A stretch of 36,695 nucleotides of DNA. Origin: Macrostomum lignano (taxonomy: Eukaryota). The position numbers and the translations under genes were made by a program. Every line of letters begins with the position of its first letter. The stretch's first letter is position 1. The notes under the pieces are model-generated. The model was not told the DNA's origin and did not search any database. It saw only the letters and a list, made by a program, of their open reading frames with translations. The stretch spans positions 810,493 through 847,187 of the forward strand of contig NIVC01000142.1 of the NCBI GenBank assembly GCA_002269645.1, read 5' to 3'. Shown in pieces: positions 1 through 13,000 of this stretch.

Positions 1-4
1 CCGG

Positions 5-3000
5 TCAGTCCTCTTTCTCCTGCGGTAGTACTAGAAGAAATTTCTGCAGCAATTTTGTCACGTCATCTGCAAGTGAAATTAGTGGCGAGACATCGGAAGT
101 GGGTCAGTTATATCAATATTCCATATTTCTATTTCAACATGATTTCAATTTCAACATGATTTCAATTTCAACATGATTTCAATTTCAACATGATTTCAAT
201 TTCAACATGATTTCAATTTCAACATGATTTCAATTTCAACATGAAAATTGGGTGTCCTAATCCGAAAACCGGGTGTCCTAATCCGAAAACCAGATATCCT
301 AATCCGAAAACCGGGTGTCCTAATCCGAAAACCAGATATCCTAATCCGAAAAACGAGTGTCCTAATCTGAAAACCGGGTGTCCTAATCCGAAATCCGGGT
401 GTCCTAATCTGAAAACCGGGTGTCCTAATCCGAAATCCGGGTGTCCTAATCTGAAATCCGGGTGTCCTAATCTGAAATCCGGGTGTCCTAATCCGAAAAT
501 CGGGTGTCCTAATCTGAAAACCGGGTGTCCTAATCTGAAAACCGGGTGTCCTAATCTGAAAACCGGGTGTCCTAATCTGAAAACCGGGTGTCCTAATCTG
601 AAAACCGGGTGTCCTAATCCGTAATCAGGTGCATATAAATTCGATAAGCTGGCGAACTACTGCAGCTCGGGCACAAATTAGCTAGCTGCTCACCCATGCC
701 GGTACTCAGCGGGCAGTCGGGTTTGGCCCGGCACAGCAGGCCTACGCAGAACAGAGGCACTCCGCTCAGCATGATCAGCAAGGACATGATGCTCTCTGCT
801 GGCGACTTGATCAGGGTGAACACGCAAATGCCGGCCGTGACCAGGAACATGGCGACCGGAACAGCTAGCGGAAGCTGCCGAATGGCCAATTGAAACGGAA
901 AGTTTAGCAATTGCTTGAACTAAATTTTGTGATTGAGCAGATAATCAAAGGAGCAATTTGAAGGATAAGAAAAGAAACGCCAGGGGCACAAGCACCAGGG
1001 GCACAAGCACCAGGGGCACAAGCACCAGGGGCACAAGCACCAGGGGCACAAGCACCAGGGGCACAAGCACCAGGGGCACAAGCACCAGGGGCACAAGCAC
1101 CAGGGGCACAAGCACCAGGGGCACAAGCACCAGGGGCACAAGCACCAGGGGGCACAAGCACCAGGGGCACAAGCACCTGGGGCACAAGCACCAGGGGTGC
1201 AAGCACCAGGGGCACAAGCACCAGGGGCACAAGCACCAGGGGCACAAGCACCAGGGGCACAAGCACCAGGGGGCACAAGCACCAGGGGCACAAGCACCTG
1301 GGGCACAAGCACCAGGGGTGCAAGCACCAGGGGGCACAAGCACCAGGGGCACAAGCACCAGGGGCGCAAGCACATGCATTGCTTCAGTTCACCCAGCTGT
1401 AAAATGGGTGCCAGCATTAGCTGGGATAATTGAGGCTGTGTGCGGCGACCCCCCAGTCCTTGGACTGAACAGCCGTACGCAGCCTTCAGATGCACCGCAC
1501 AATACCTGCAGCTGAGCTGTCGGTTGCACATCTGGCCCAATTGGGGCAGGTGTAATCAATTATTATTACTATTATTAACTCATAGCTGCGATATTCACTG
1601 TGGACTTGAATGCCAAACCAAGAGCAGAACGGGGACCCAAAGCTTTTCAAATCTGGAACCGATAGCTCTAGAAGGTTAGGCAGGCAGGCAGGCAGCTGTA
1701 GGGGTCGTGGCTGTGGCAATTTAGGCTTTGCAAATATAATCAGCTCTCTGCATGGTCTTGGCCCAGTTCGGTCGACCGGAACAAACTCGAGCAGGTTCAA
1801 CTGTGGCGAGTTCGAGCACTCAACTGTGAATGGCCGAAAAATAGCTATTGAGGGGTGACCCACTTGTGCGGTGGGCTGTAGCATTGCCTATACCAGCAGC
1901 ATCTGTATCAGGAAAGTCAGTCTGGGCTAATAAACAGTAGCGTTTTAGCATTTCAACGCCAACTTTATCAAGGTAAAGGTGCAGCGCCGTTCCTATCAAA
2001 CTTCCTTTAAGTTTGTTTGCCAGACCATCGAGTAGCGTTGTGTGCCTGCTCAGGGGAGTCGGCAGAATGGGCAGTAATGCCTCTCGCTGGTTGTGACAAT
2101 GTCGCTTAAAGTGCAGTGCGCCTGGGTGCACACAGACAGGGTGCTTTTGATTGTCACTGTTTGACTGCCACTGCTTGACTGTCACTGCTTGACTGTCACT
2201 ACTTGACTGCCACTGCTTGACTGTCACTGCTTGACTGTCACTGTCACTTTGACCGACACTGTTTGACTGCCAACTATTTTGACAGCCAACGATTTAGGGT
2301 AGGGTTAAGGTTTAGTTAGGGCTAGGATTTGGTTAGAATTAGGCAGTCGAATCATCGGCAGTGAAATGTCGTGGATCGATGATGCTTCTGTATTGAAGGC
2401 CTATCTTTGTTCACATTTCCAATCTTAGCACTGTCGCTCTCACCCGGAAGGGTCGATGCAGCTCCGGTTGACGAAATCGCAGCACCAGCAGGCAACGAGG
2501 GCCATCAAGATGATCGCCATGTAGGAGAAGCCGGTCAGCTCTATGAGATAGTCCAGCTTGTTGGTGAATACCTGCTGGTACACGACGCTGCATACGAACT
2601 GGATTGAAGTCAAGGTGGGAGTAAAGGAGGGTCTAAGGCTCTGATATGAGTCACAGCTCGATACAGTACCTCTCTGACCGAGTAACCGGGTCTGACCGAG
2701 TCACCGTTCAGTACAGTACCTGTCTGACCGAGTCACCAGTCAGTACAGTACCTGTCTGACCGAGTCACCGTTCAGTACAGTACCTGTCTGACCGAGTCAC
2801 CAGTCAGTGCAGTACCTGTCTGACCGAGTCACCGTTCAGTACAGTACCTGTCTGACCGAGTCACCAGTCAGTACAGTACCTGTCTGACCGAGTCACCGTT
2901 CAGTACAGTACCTGTCTGACCGAGTCACCAGTCAGTGCAGTACCTGTCTGACCGAGTCACCGTTCAGTACAGTACGTGTCTGACCGAGTCACCAGTCAGT

Positions 3001-4969
3001 GCAGTACCTGTCTGACCGAGTCACCGTTCAGTACAGTACCTGTCTGACCGAGTCACCAGTCGGTGCAGTACCTGTCTGACCGAGTCACCAGTCAGTGCAG
3101 TACCTGTCTGACCGAGTCACGGATCGGTAGTGATCTCCAACCACCTTTACTAATAAATATTTTTTTCTAAAATTGAAATCAATATCGACTCAAAACAGCA
3201 CAAGCTATCCATATAATCTGGTGAGCCAGTTAAAAGTGCAACACTGAAGCGCTCACCATAGCAAGCACAGCCGGAACCGGAGTCAGCCGGCTCGCTTGCA
3301 CCATGCCCAACACTGATGGAAAGTGGCCCTCGTTAGCTGCCGTGAATGCCACTCTCGACATACCCAAAATCTCGCCATTCAAACTGCCGAATATAGACAT
3401 GGCGACTAGCAGTGGCATGGCCAGGGCGAAGGCGCCCATCGAGCGCTCGGCGAAGGTTACCGCAACGGCGTGCGACGCCACCAGACGCTCCGGCGATAGG
3501 ACGGCCAGGTAGGCTACGTTAACAGTTATGTAGATTGCCGTGATTAGCGACAACGACAGGGTTATTGCTAGTGGGAGGCTGCGCGACGGGCGCTTCATCT
3601 CTTCGGTGAGGAAGTTCAAACAATTCCTGGAGGAGAGATATCATTGGAGGATACAATCTGGTCATAAATTCAACTATGATTATGGCTAACTTCTAAGTAT
3701 TTCAATTACAAGTATATGTATACACATGACAAAAAGTGGATACCAAAACTTTTCAAAACTTTGAGTAGCGGGCCGCCCCTTTGGCATGCGCATATGAGCT
3801 ACGAAGAACCCCCTGCAGCTCACCATCCGCTGTAGGCCCAGAAGCCCTGGTAGAAGGCCGACACAAATCCTGCTGTGTAGTCGCTGCCCTCAAACGAGTT
3901 CTCAAAATTCTCCGTGCTACCTCGGCCAAGCCAATACATGCCGACGCCCGTGACAACTAGCAGAGCGCACACTTTCGATAGGGACATTACTACGCCAGCT
4001 TGGTGGCCCATTTCACCTTCAGGCAGTTGACTGCGGTCAGCAGGGCTGCTCAGAAGAAAATAATTATTGATTTTGTCATAGAAAGCATAAAAATTTTCAG
4101 TGGATCAAAGGAATTTTACTCTGTGACTATAGTATTGCACTCACACACGGACAGAAACGCGGTCAGTCGAGTGAGGTACTCGGGCACCGGGCAGCCGGGG
4201 TACAGCGGTGTCAGGCAATACTTGGCGAATAACAGCGAGTTGGCCGCCATGGTGACGCAGCCAGTGACGATAAACGCAATCCACAGCACCAAGAATGCGG
4301 GCAGGGGACCGAAAACTTGCAGAACGTAGATGTACTCGCCACCGGATCTGACAATGATGGGACAGAATGCTTTTGGGATCACGGATTAAGGATGCAGTTT
4401 CTATTAGTATCGAAAATGTTGTTAGTCTGATAAAAATGCCTGACTGCTCTCATAATCCGAGCAGTGCTGTTCTTGGAAGATGAGTTTTTCAGCGGCGCAG
4501 TGGTTGTCCAAACAAAGAACCGGAACTTTAAAAGGTGGTTTACATCGCCAGTAACTGAAACATCCTGAATCATTACATCAGCTTCATTGCAGTACATCAG
4601 GGAATTAGCTTTCTAATTTTTATAAATAAAAATGGATTTGGAAAAATGTAAAATCAGATGGCAAAGATGTAAAGATTAAGCCAACCTCGGAATGGTGGTG
4701 CCCAGTTCCGCATAGCAAAGTGCACCGAATCCACTGTAGACACCTGCTAATGTCCACATGACAAAGCTGAATCCCACGCTGCCCGACTCCTGCAGTATGC
4801 CCTTAGGTGACACAAATATGCCAGAACCAATGACAAAGCCAATGATGATAGCCATGCCCTGTACAACGCCGATTTCTTTGCGCAGTTCAATTCGCGTTGG
4901 CGCAGATTTTTCCTCCACTGCGGGACCCCCATTGTTATTTTGAAATTTGGCCAGGCGCTGGTTACTCAT
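5..4969 (-). CDS. SLC7 / L-type amino-acid transporter light chain (LAT/y+LAT/b0,+AT-like), 7 exons, ~492 aa after correcting two 1-nt deletions
   Basis: Exons (minus strand): 4969-4686, 4347-4145, 4045-3824, 3626-3257, 2598-2444, 874-694, 66-5; all introns GT-AG with matching phases. Family motifs: [83 protein letters not shown]-terminal [14 protein letters not shown]. Exons 3 and 5 are each 1 nt short of frame. Paralog identity not resolvable by eye. Confidence 0.93.
131..243. repeat. 17-bp tandem repeat (ATTTCAACATGATTTCA), ~6.5 copies, SLC7 intron 6
   Basis: Directly visible periodicity. Confidence 0.95.
250..621. repeat. 21-bp minisatellite (GGGTGTCCTAATC[C/T]GAAAACC), ~18 copies, SLC7 intron 6
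   Basis: Directly visible; produces the spurious GCPNPKT ORF 241-624. Confidence 0.97.
981..1372. repeat. 15-bp minisatellite (CAGGGGCACAAGCAC), ~26 copies, SLC7 intron 5
   Basis: Directly visible; produces the spurious GTSTR/PGACA/WCLCP ORFs. Confidence 0.97.
2161..2380. repeat. 14-bp tandem repeat (TTGACTGTCACTGC, ~6 copies) followed by a degenerate TTAGGG-like tract and an imperfect inverted copy of the GACTGCC motif; possible small non-autonomous element
   Basis: Repeat 2161-2243; TTTAGGGTAGGGTTAAGGTTTAGTTAGGGCTAGG at ~2293-2326; GGCAGTCGAA/GGCAGTGAAATGTC at 2342-2370 is inverted relative to the TTTGACTGCC motifs. Confidence 0.6.
2660..3121. repeat. 32-bp minisatellite (CAGTACAGTACCTGTCTGACCGAGTCACC[GTT/AGT]), ~14 copies with largely alternating variants, SLC7 intron 4
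   Basis: Directly visible; GTT/AGT alternation gives a 64-bp higher-order period. Confidence 0.97.
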
Positions 4970-4971
4970 AG

Positions 4972-4990
4972 CTGAAAAGAAAAAATGTGT
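4972..4990 (-). other. Strong 3' splice acceptor 2 nt upstream of the SLC7 ATG (candidate SL trans-splice site)
   Basis: Minus strand TTTTTTCTTTTCAG|CT ATG. Confidence 0.7.
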
Positions 4991-6713
4991 AGATTGTCAT
5001 CCATATATCCAGAATATTTCGAAATAGAATGTGTAAAGTAAAATTTGAAAATTTACTTTCTATAAAACTATTGACTTATAGAAAAACTCAGTCTAGAAGT
5101 TTAAAAATAGTCAAATAATTAACTTCCTGACAAATACGAATTAGAAAATGAGTTATAAAACGAAAGTGGTTATTTTTCTGAAATAATTGTCAGCTTAAAA
5201 ACTTTGTAACTAAAAATGAATATTTCAGGTGTTAAAAATCAGTTCAAATAAATATATTATAAGTCTTCAGACAAAGATACAAGAAAATGAGGATTTATGA
5301 GGGTTTAAGCATATCTCAAGCAGGTTAAAAATGCTTTCAAACATATAAAAATAATGAATTCAGGTAAGAAATTTGAAAGGGAATCTGAATTTTTTGGCCA
5401 AAAAATAAGTGACTATACCTTTCTATACTCAACCTACTACTCCTATTTTCTATACTGTTCAAACTATAACGCGGTTAACAGCCGATAATAAGACAAAAAG
5501 CTTTCGTAGCATAGAGATGGCTCTTTAGAACACGAAAATTAACTGTATAGTACATTTATTAGTGCTGATTTTGCTGTTATTTAGCTTAGGTTAATTTTAG
5601 AAGCGCGATCTAAATGCGGTAAAATTTGAATTTGTATTATATATTATTTACCGCGGCTTTGGGTTTTCATATAGACAAAACAACTCAAGCTTAAGTCTAA
5701 AAGTTGAGGAATATTTATTTTTAATTGTAATGAAGTTTTGTATGATTAATATATGTGTAACTTTGCTTTTTTAGTTTGTTAAAAATAAAATATCATCAAG
5801 GATGTGACTTTTTGAAAAATTATCAAGCCCCGCGATTCAAAACGTGTGGAATTTTTACAGGTGCAATAAGGCTGTTATATAAATACTGCAAATTATTTTA
5901 TTTAATTTCATTGACTTCTAGCTAGATAAAGAATCTTTTTTTTCTTTTCGCTAAACACTTGCAAGTAACCAGCTAGGGGTGAGCTAGCTACAGCCTATAG
6001 TACAGTAGCAAAGTCAGTCTAGTATGAAATATATGCTGTTCAGTAATCAGTCCTAAGATGGAAGTCACTGGGCCTATATACCTTTAATTCCCTTAGCCTC
6101 AGCTCAGTTCAACTAATACTAATACCCATTTGACAGCTGGGTAGGTAGACCTGAATTAAAGCAATGCAGAGCTAAATACCTTGATTAAGAACAATTTTCC
6201 AATTTCAATTGGGTCAAGAATAAAAAATCCTTAACCTTTTAGTTATAACAAGGCCTCAAATACTAATTTAGGGAATATAAAACTTCCTTATACTAGCCCC
6301 AGGGTATATTTAGTTTATGTTAGTTTTTTATATGACTATAAAAACTTGAAAAGAAAGTGATAATATCTTGGCAATATACAAAAAGGCAGTTTCATAGCCA
6401 TAGGTCAATGGTATTGAATTTCTATCTAAAAAATTTATCAAATCTATAAATTTTATCAACAATAATCCTAGGCCATAGGAAGCAAGACCTAGTATATATT
6501 TAAGCTTATAAATATATTTTGGAAAACCATTATTTTGGCATAAATAATTTACAAGGTATATTAAAAAATGTCAGTGACATTAGTGACATCATATCTTAGC
6601 TCCTTGAGTGGGCATACAATTTTTTCACACTTTTTCAATATAATCTTGCTCAAGTTTGATGCACTTTTTGCAGGGATCTATCCACTTCCTGAAGGCTAGG
6701 GCAAAGGCTTCTA

Positions 6714-8259
6714 TTAACCTTAAGAAGTCGGGAAGGTCATTTTTGACCACTTACAACTCCCCAGCGCAGTTGGTTCAAAATATCTATGGCCAGTGCACAA
6801 ATTCTTTATCCACCATTCTAGTCGGCTATGGGTCAAACTTGACAAATAGGCCTAATAGAAGTAAAGCAAACAAACTTTGCAAAGATGGCTTGTATTAATA
6901 GTAACAATAGTAACAAACCAGCAAACATAGTGGGAAAGTTTCATTCAAATTTCAAAAGCATTCAAAGCTTTCTAACACCTTAGAAACCTTAGATAATGGT
7001 TCTTTAATTATTGTACCATGTGCCAAAGCAGTTCAGAAGACAGTGGTGGGACGCCAGGACACTGCGAGCAGACGTACACTGTCTTCTTTTGACACTGTTG
7101 GCATTGACGCCTCGGTTGATTTTGTCCAACAACCTGGCCCGACTTGCTTGGAATGTGCCCGGCTGTAGTAGGTGCTTGACCAACCCAAACTGAAACACAA
7201 TGTCTGCCTGGCCCAGATTGTTCAATCAAATTCCTGTTGGCAACTTCCAAGAAGCTGAGGAAGCTCTTTGTTCCTCCAGCATTCTGATAAATGAGCCAAG
7301 CATTGCAAACTAGAAAGAGGATGATGTGAAAACCAAGCTTCTGAAACCATTTCTATGTCTTCCTATCTGGATGGTACGGCTGGAGTCCACTATCCAGGCA
7401 ATCTTATGCCGCCCATAAAAGACAAATAGTTGGCGATGCAAACTGGCTTTTAGATCACTTCTTCTACGCCGCCTCAGCAAATTCTAGTAACGTTGACACA
7501 GCCTGCCTGGCTCGAAGTGTCAATCACGTAGAAATCTTTGTTCCACTCTGCTTTTTGTCAACAAACTTGCATGCCAGAATGTTGCTTCTCCTTGCAAATC
7601 TCAAAGAAGTTGGCTAGATGTTTTGCTCTTGAAGAAGCATAGGAATTCCGCAATCCTTCATCATTATCATCATTATTAAAGATTCATTATCTTTATTCAT
7701 TATTATCTTTATTTTTCATTATATAATAAAGATTCATTATCATCAGCTTGATCTGGCAGATTCCAAGATGGATTGCAGCCAGTTGTTCCCAAAAATTCGG
7801 GACATTGATCCAGTCATTTGTCATCGTGCTCTGACACAATGTTCCATTCTTCCTGTTGTATCACAATTTTGTCTTTTCTTGCTCCAAATTGGCCTCATCC
7901 TCAGAGTCCAAGTCAGTGCTGTTGTTAATTTCAGACTCGTTGGTGTTAGAATCAAGACCGAGTCTGTGTTTTACTACCAGTAAAGCCTGCCTGGGTGGAG
8001 GTCTTCTTGAAGCCATGCTTTTTGGAATACTTTTAGGAATGTTGCGGATTAAGATGAAACACTTTTTTGTCTAACAGAAAGTTCTAAACTCACAGAGGAC
8101 ACAGACATACATCTATGTATAAAATCTTTCATTCTGTGGTCTTTCCGACTAGAATGGGAATGCAATGTTTGAGCTAAAAGAAAGTGTCTATGGCCCGATT
8201 TTGACCTATCCAACTGAAACTGAGAGTGACAAATATCTTCACCATCTTGAAAAGGTTAA
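6714..8259 (-). mobile_element. Degenerate, internally deleted piggyBac (PGBD-like) DNA transposon
   Basis: Minus strand 7620-7010 translates, with stops and frameshifts, to ILACKFVDKK..DFYVIDT..KPVCIANYLSFMGGI..QPYHPDRKT*KWFQKLGFHIILFLVCNAWLIY..RRQCQQCQKKTVYVCSQCPGVPPL..CFGTW, i.e. piggyBac C-terminal half plus Cys-rich domain. An acidic N-terminal piece (DSEDEANLEQ..PEFLGTTGCN) lies at 8020-7770. Candidate TTAA-CC ends at 6714 (or 6231) and 8256-8259 match only weakly, so the boundaries are uncertain. Confidence 0.8.
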
Positions 8260-8379
8260 GAGATCTCTTACAACCTATTCCAACTTATTCCTGACTGAGT
8301 TGTCAGCTAGCTAGATGACCAATAACTCTTGTTTGCAAAACAATGTTTTATCTTATATATGTTTTGTCTTATATATTTA

Positions 8380-8830
8380 CAAAAGAGCCAGAAGTATATG
8401 GAGCCAAATCTAGCAAGTACAGTGGATGAGGAAGTACATGGATCAAGTATTTCCAGAAAACTATCACACTTTCTGCTCTAGCAATAGTAACCAAGGAACC
8501 CTCAGTGCTTGCTATTCTTGGATAGTCCAAGATCTGCATGCAAGATTGTATGGATTATGCCAGTAGACAAATCAGTCTTCAGCCAATTCCTTGATAGTTT
8601 TGTGGCAATCAAACTCAATGGCCTCTAGCCTAGCTGCAATGGTTTCTGTAGATTGCCTTATTTTTTGCATTGAACCTATGCTGATCTGTGTATTGACCAT
8701 CCTTCACTTGGCAGATAAGGTGGTAGATTTGCCTTTCAGATAGTTACTTGTCTAGGTAGGCCATGGCTAAGGCATCTTTGATCTCTAGGATGCTATATCC
8801 TGCCTTTGCCATGTGTAAAACATGCTAAAA
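8380..8830 (-). mobile_element. Degenerate mariner-family transposase remnant (HTH region joined to YSPDL-like region)
   Basis: Minus strand: AGYSILEIKDALAMAYLDK*LSERQIYHLICQVKDG, TIKELAE, LSTGIIHTILHADLGLSK (mariner HTH region before WVP), then VLPHPLYLLDLAP.(D)FWLF (LPHPPYSPDLAP.DF.LF motif). Stops and frameshifts; TIRs not found. Confidence 0.72.
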
Positions 8831-10096
8831 CATGCTAGGTACAACCTAGGGATTCACCTTGCCATTTGGATAGATTAAGTTGCTATTGGATGGAATAGTA
8901 CTCACGTAACTGCTCTTAGCCAATAGCAACTTATATATGTATGTTGCCAATAGAAATGGCCAAGTGATTCCAAAGGTTGTGCATATATGTGCTAAAAAAT
9001 CAGGTTTGCCACATTTGTTTAAGCAGAGATATCTAGCCACTGACATTTGTTTTTAAAAAAATCTTATAATTAGATAGGCCTACTAAAAGCTTAATAGCCT
9101 ATTCTTTTACTTTAAAACCATTTTGTTTTATATTATTAAAATATTAGTTAACTTATATATTAATTTATATATTTATTAATAATGCTATATATATGCTAAG
9201 TCAAATCTAGGGTATTTATTTAAAAATCTATTATATATTAATATTTTTATAGTTGTACAATTGCTAGCTGACCTAGCCAATACAGTTTATATAAAGTGAA
9301 AAAGACTAAAGGAAAGATAAGTTGCACCGATTTTTTTGACAAAATTTGACAATGCATTAAAGATTTTTTGCTTTGTTGTTAGGTGAATTCTATAACAAAG
9401 TTGCATTTTTAGTCTAAACTAAGTTTTATAGCTGGCATAATTTTAGAGATTATATTATATGTATATGTATATATATTGGCTATTCAGCTAGGTATAAGTA
9501 ATTATTTATAGTCAAAAGTTATTGAGTTTTTTATGCACTTGCTATATCCTTGCTAGATAATTTTGATTAAAAAATTAGATGATTATAAATTATTAAAAAA
9601 TGTAATTTAATTGATGATAGACAATATATCCATAAATATTATTATTATCACTTGATATTACTAGTATACAAATAAATGTAAAAATCTATTTTATTTATGG
9701 ATTATCATTTAGGATATTTTAGATATCATTTACTTTCTGCTTAATGCTTTTTACTTCTAAAGTTATTATGCCATTTTTGAAAAATGCCTATAGTAAACTC
9801 AAGATTATTCTATTTTAGGTAATATAGCACTTTTTAGTTTTTTTCACTATAATAAAAAGTAATCACTAAGATTCCATTGGCTATAATATTAGAAACTTAT
9901 ACCCTTTGACTATTTTAAGACAATTTAAATTGCCTAATTTGGTGTCTATTATACATCTATAATACTTGTCCAACTCATAGATCACAACTCTTGATTCATC
10001 TGCCTGACAATTAGAAAGTCAGGTCTGCTGTGAGGATGATAGTGTGTGAGTGCGAGTCTGCTCTATTCGACTTTTTCAGACCTAGTGACAGCCAAG

Positions 10097-13000
10097 ATGA
10101 AGAAGTGGGTACAGAATCTCTTTGTACGCGACAAGTCAAGCTTAACAGAATGCAGCGGCTCAAGGAAAACAGGCAGCCAGATTGACAATTCATCAACAAT
10201 TCCTAAAAATCGTACGAATGCAGAAGCAATTTCAAAGCCAACTGTTCAGAAAATTGGAGCACAGAAGGGGAGCAACCTTGCTGCAGTGACCAAAACAGCT
10301 GTAGCAGCAGCAGATGCGAGTCCGCAAGTCAGGACTGTTTCAGCAGTGGAGACTGAACACGCCGTGATCGGGACAGTTCAGCCTATTCCTGTTTCACCAA
10401 CTACTAACAGTAGTAAAGTTGCAGAAGCAAAAACAGCGTATGGCCTTCATAGCGCTAATCAGAATAATGCACTGCAGTCGGGCAGCCCAGCTGTTGTGAT
10501 AAAAAGCTATAAAGACCTTTTGAAAGAAATCATGTCCTGCACTGTCCCCACCAAGCTGCGCCTCGATCCGCAGCGCAATCAAGATGTGCAGCAGCGAGTT
10601 CGGCTGCGAAAGAAGGAATTAAAATTGAAAATGACCGCCTCCCGCGAACCCGACGATGTTGATCGTCTAGTTCTGGACGCCCCGATTCCGGTTGCAGATG
10701 ACGATCCGCCGCAGTCCGGTGAGGCCTACTCTAAGAGTACAAAAAGTTCGTTTCGAAAGCCAGTTGCTTAATTTGACTTGACAGCGTTGTTGCATTTGCG
10801 ATTTTAGACTATTCACAGCTTGATGCGGATGAGGTACTGCAGCGTCATCGAGAAGCTGGCGGCTCTTTGCAGATGCTTGTAAACAATGACACGTTAGTGC
10901 GGTTGAGAATATTTTCTTCTAAAAATTTTTCCTTCAAAACAACTGTCATGTCAATGACTGTAAAAGCCTCATAACATTGGAACAGGTCAATTCTATTAAA
11001 TAGATGACAACCCAATCAAACAGGGTGCAACTACCACCCCAGCTGTCACCCCATGTAGCAACTGCCACGCCATCCAGCAGCTGTCACCCCATCTAGCAGT
11101 TGTTCGTCACCCCCATCTAGCAGTTGTTGGTCACCCTCATCTAGCAGCTGTCACTCCATCTAGCAGTTGTTTGTCACCCCCATCTAGCAGCTGTCACTCC
11201 ATCTAGCAGTTGTTTGTCACCCCCATCTAGCAGCTGTCACTCCATCTAGCAGCTGTCACTCCATCTAGCAGCTGTCACTCCATCTAGCAGTTGTTTGTCA
11301 CCCCCATCTAGCAGCTGTCACTCCATCTAGCAGTTGTCACTCCATCTAGCAGCTGTTTGTCACCCCATCTAGCAGCTGTCACTCCATCTAGCAGTTGTTT
11401 GTCACCCCCATCTAGCAGCTGTCACTCCATCTAGCAGTTGTCACTCCATCTAGCAGCTGTTTGTCACCCCATCTAGCAGCTGTCACTCCATCTAGCAGTT
11501 GTTTGTCACCCCCATATAGCAGCTGTCACTCCGTCTAGCAGCTGTCACTCCATCTAGCAGTTGTTTGTCACCCCCATCTAGCAGCTGTCACTCCATCTAG
11601 CAGCTGTCACTCCATCTAGCAGTTGTTTGTCACCCCCATCTAGCAGCTGTCACTCTATCTAGCAGTTGTTTGTCACCCCCATCTAGCAGCTGTCACTCCA
11701 TCTAGCAGCTGTCACCCCCATCTAGCAGCTGTCACTCCATCTAGCAGCTGTCACTCCATCTAGCAGTTGTCACTCCATCTAGCAGTTGTTTGTCACCCCC
11801 ATCTAGCAGCTGTCACTCCATCTAGCAGTTGTTTGTCACCCCCATCTAGCAGCTGTCACTCCATCTAGCAGCTGTCACCCCCATCTAGCAGCTGTCACCC
11901 CCATCTAGCAGCTGTCACTCCATCTAGCAGTTGTCACTCCATCTAGCAGTTGTTTGTCACCCCCATCTAGCAGCTGTCACTCCATCTAGCAGCTGTCACC
12001 CCCATCTAGCAGCTGTCACCCCCATCTAGCAGCTGTCACCCCCATCTAGCAGCTGTCACCCCCATCTAGCAGCTGTCACCCCCATCTAGCAGCTGGCAAT
12101 CCATCTAGCAGGTGCCATCCCATCTAAAACGTATCTAACAGGTTACGGTTATCTAAAAAATTACTCCTCTGACTCCTTTTATCAACACAAGATAGCCTTA
12201 CCTCTCCGAACATGATGCAGGCTGTACACACTGTACGCGTCACTTAATCGCTTGGACGTGGTGAAGCGGCTGTTTAGGCACCAGATGAACAGCGAAATGG
12301 GCCTATACGAATCAGTGAATATTCGCACCCCAGCCACTGACGGACGGACTTGCCTGTACGCTTTTGCTGCCAACTATAATCTGGAAGGCGTCAGATTCTG
12401 CGTTTTGACGTCGTTTCCCAATGCATACGAAGGATGGATGACAGCAGCCATGGCTGTTCTGTCTGCATCAGCTTGCGAGCAGCTGCAGCTTGACTGTTGC
12501 GTGCAGTTTCTGCTTCGCGTGCTCAGCTCTCTGGGCAATGGTAGGGGAATCCGCTGTCTTTATGTTGGTCGGGAGCAGTAAAGGCTAGATGGGGATCAGG
12601 GAAGGTTGGGAGGGAATAGCGGGGATCAGGGAAGGTTGGGAGGGAATAGCGGGGAGCAGGGAAGGATGGGAGGGAATAGCGGGGATCAGGGAAGATTGGG
12701 AGGGAATAGCGGGGATCAGGGAAGGATGGAAGGGAATAGCGGGGAGCAGGGAAGGTTGGGAGGGAATAGCGGGGATCAGGGAAGGATGGGAGGGAATAGC
12801 GGGGATCAGGGAAGGATGGGAGGGAATAGCGGGGATCAGGGAAGGATGGGAGGGAATAGCGGGGATCAGGGAAGGATGGGAGGGAATATCGGGGATCAGG
12901 GAAGGATGGGAGGGAATAGCGGGGATCAGGGAAGGATGGAAGGGAATAGCGGGGATCAGGGAAGGTTGGGAGGGAATAGCGGGGATCAGGGAAGGATGGG

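Noticed and set aside
250-621. CGGGTGTCC in the 21-bp unit matches the start of the mariner TIR at 15896
   Set aside because: Only 9 bp with no further similarity; compatible with chance.
241-1540. Long repetitive ORFs (GCPNPKT, PGACA, WCLCP, GTSTR) resembling metallothionein-, keratin-associated- or elastin-like proteins
   Set aside because: They are translations of 21- and 15-bp minisatellites within SLC7 introns 6 and 5; several frames on both strands are open because the unit lacks stops.
3995-3996. Programmed ribosomal frameshifting as the explanation for the broken frames
   Set aside because: No slippery heptamers or downstream structures, and the same 1-nt loss pattern occurs in unrelated genes; sequencing error is more parsimonious.
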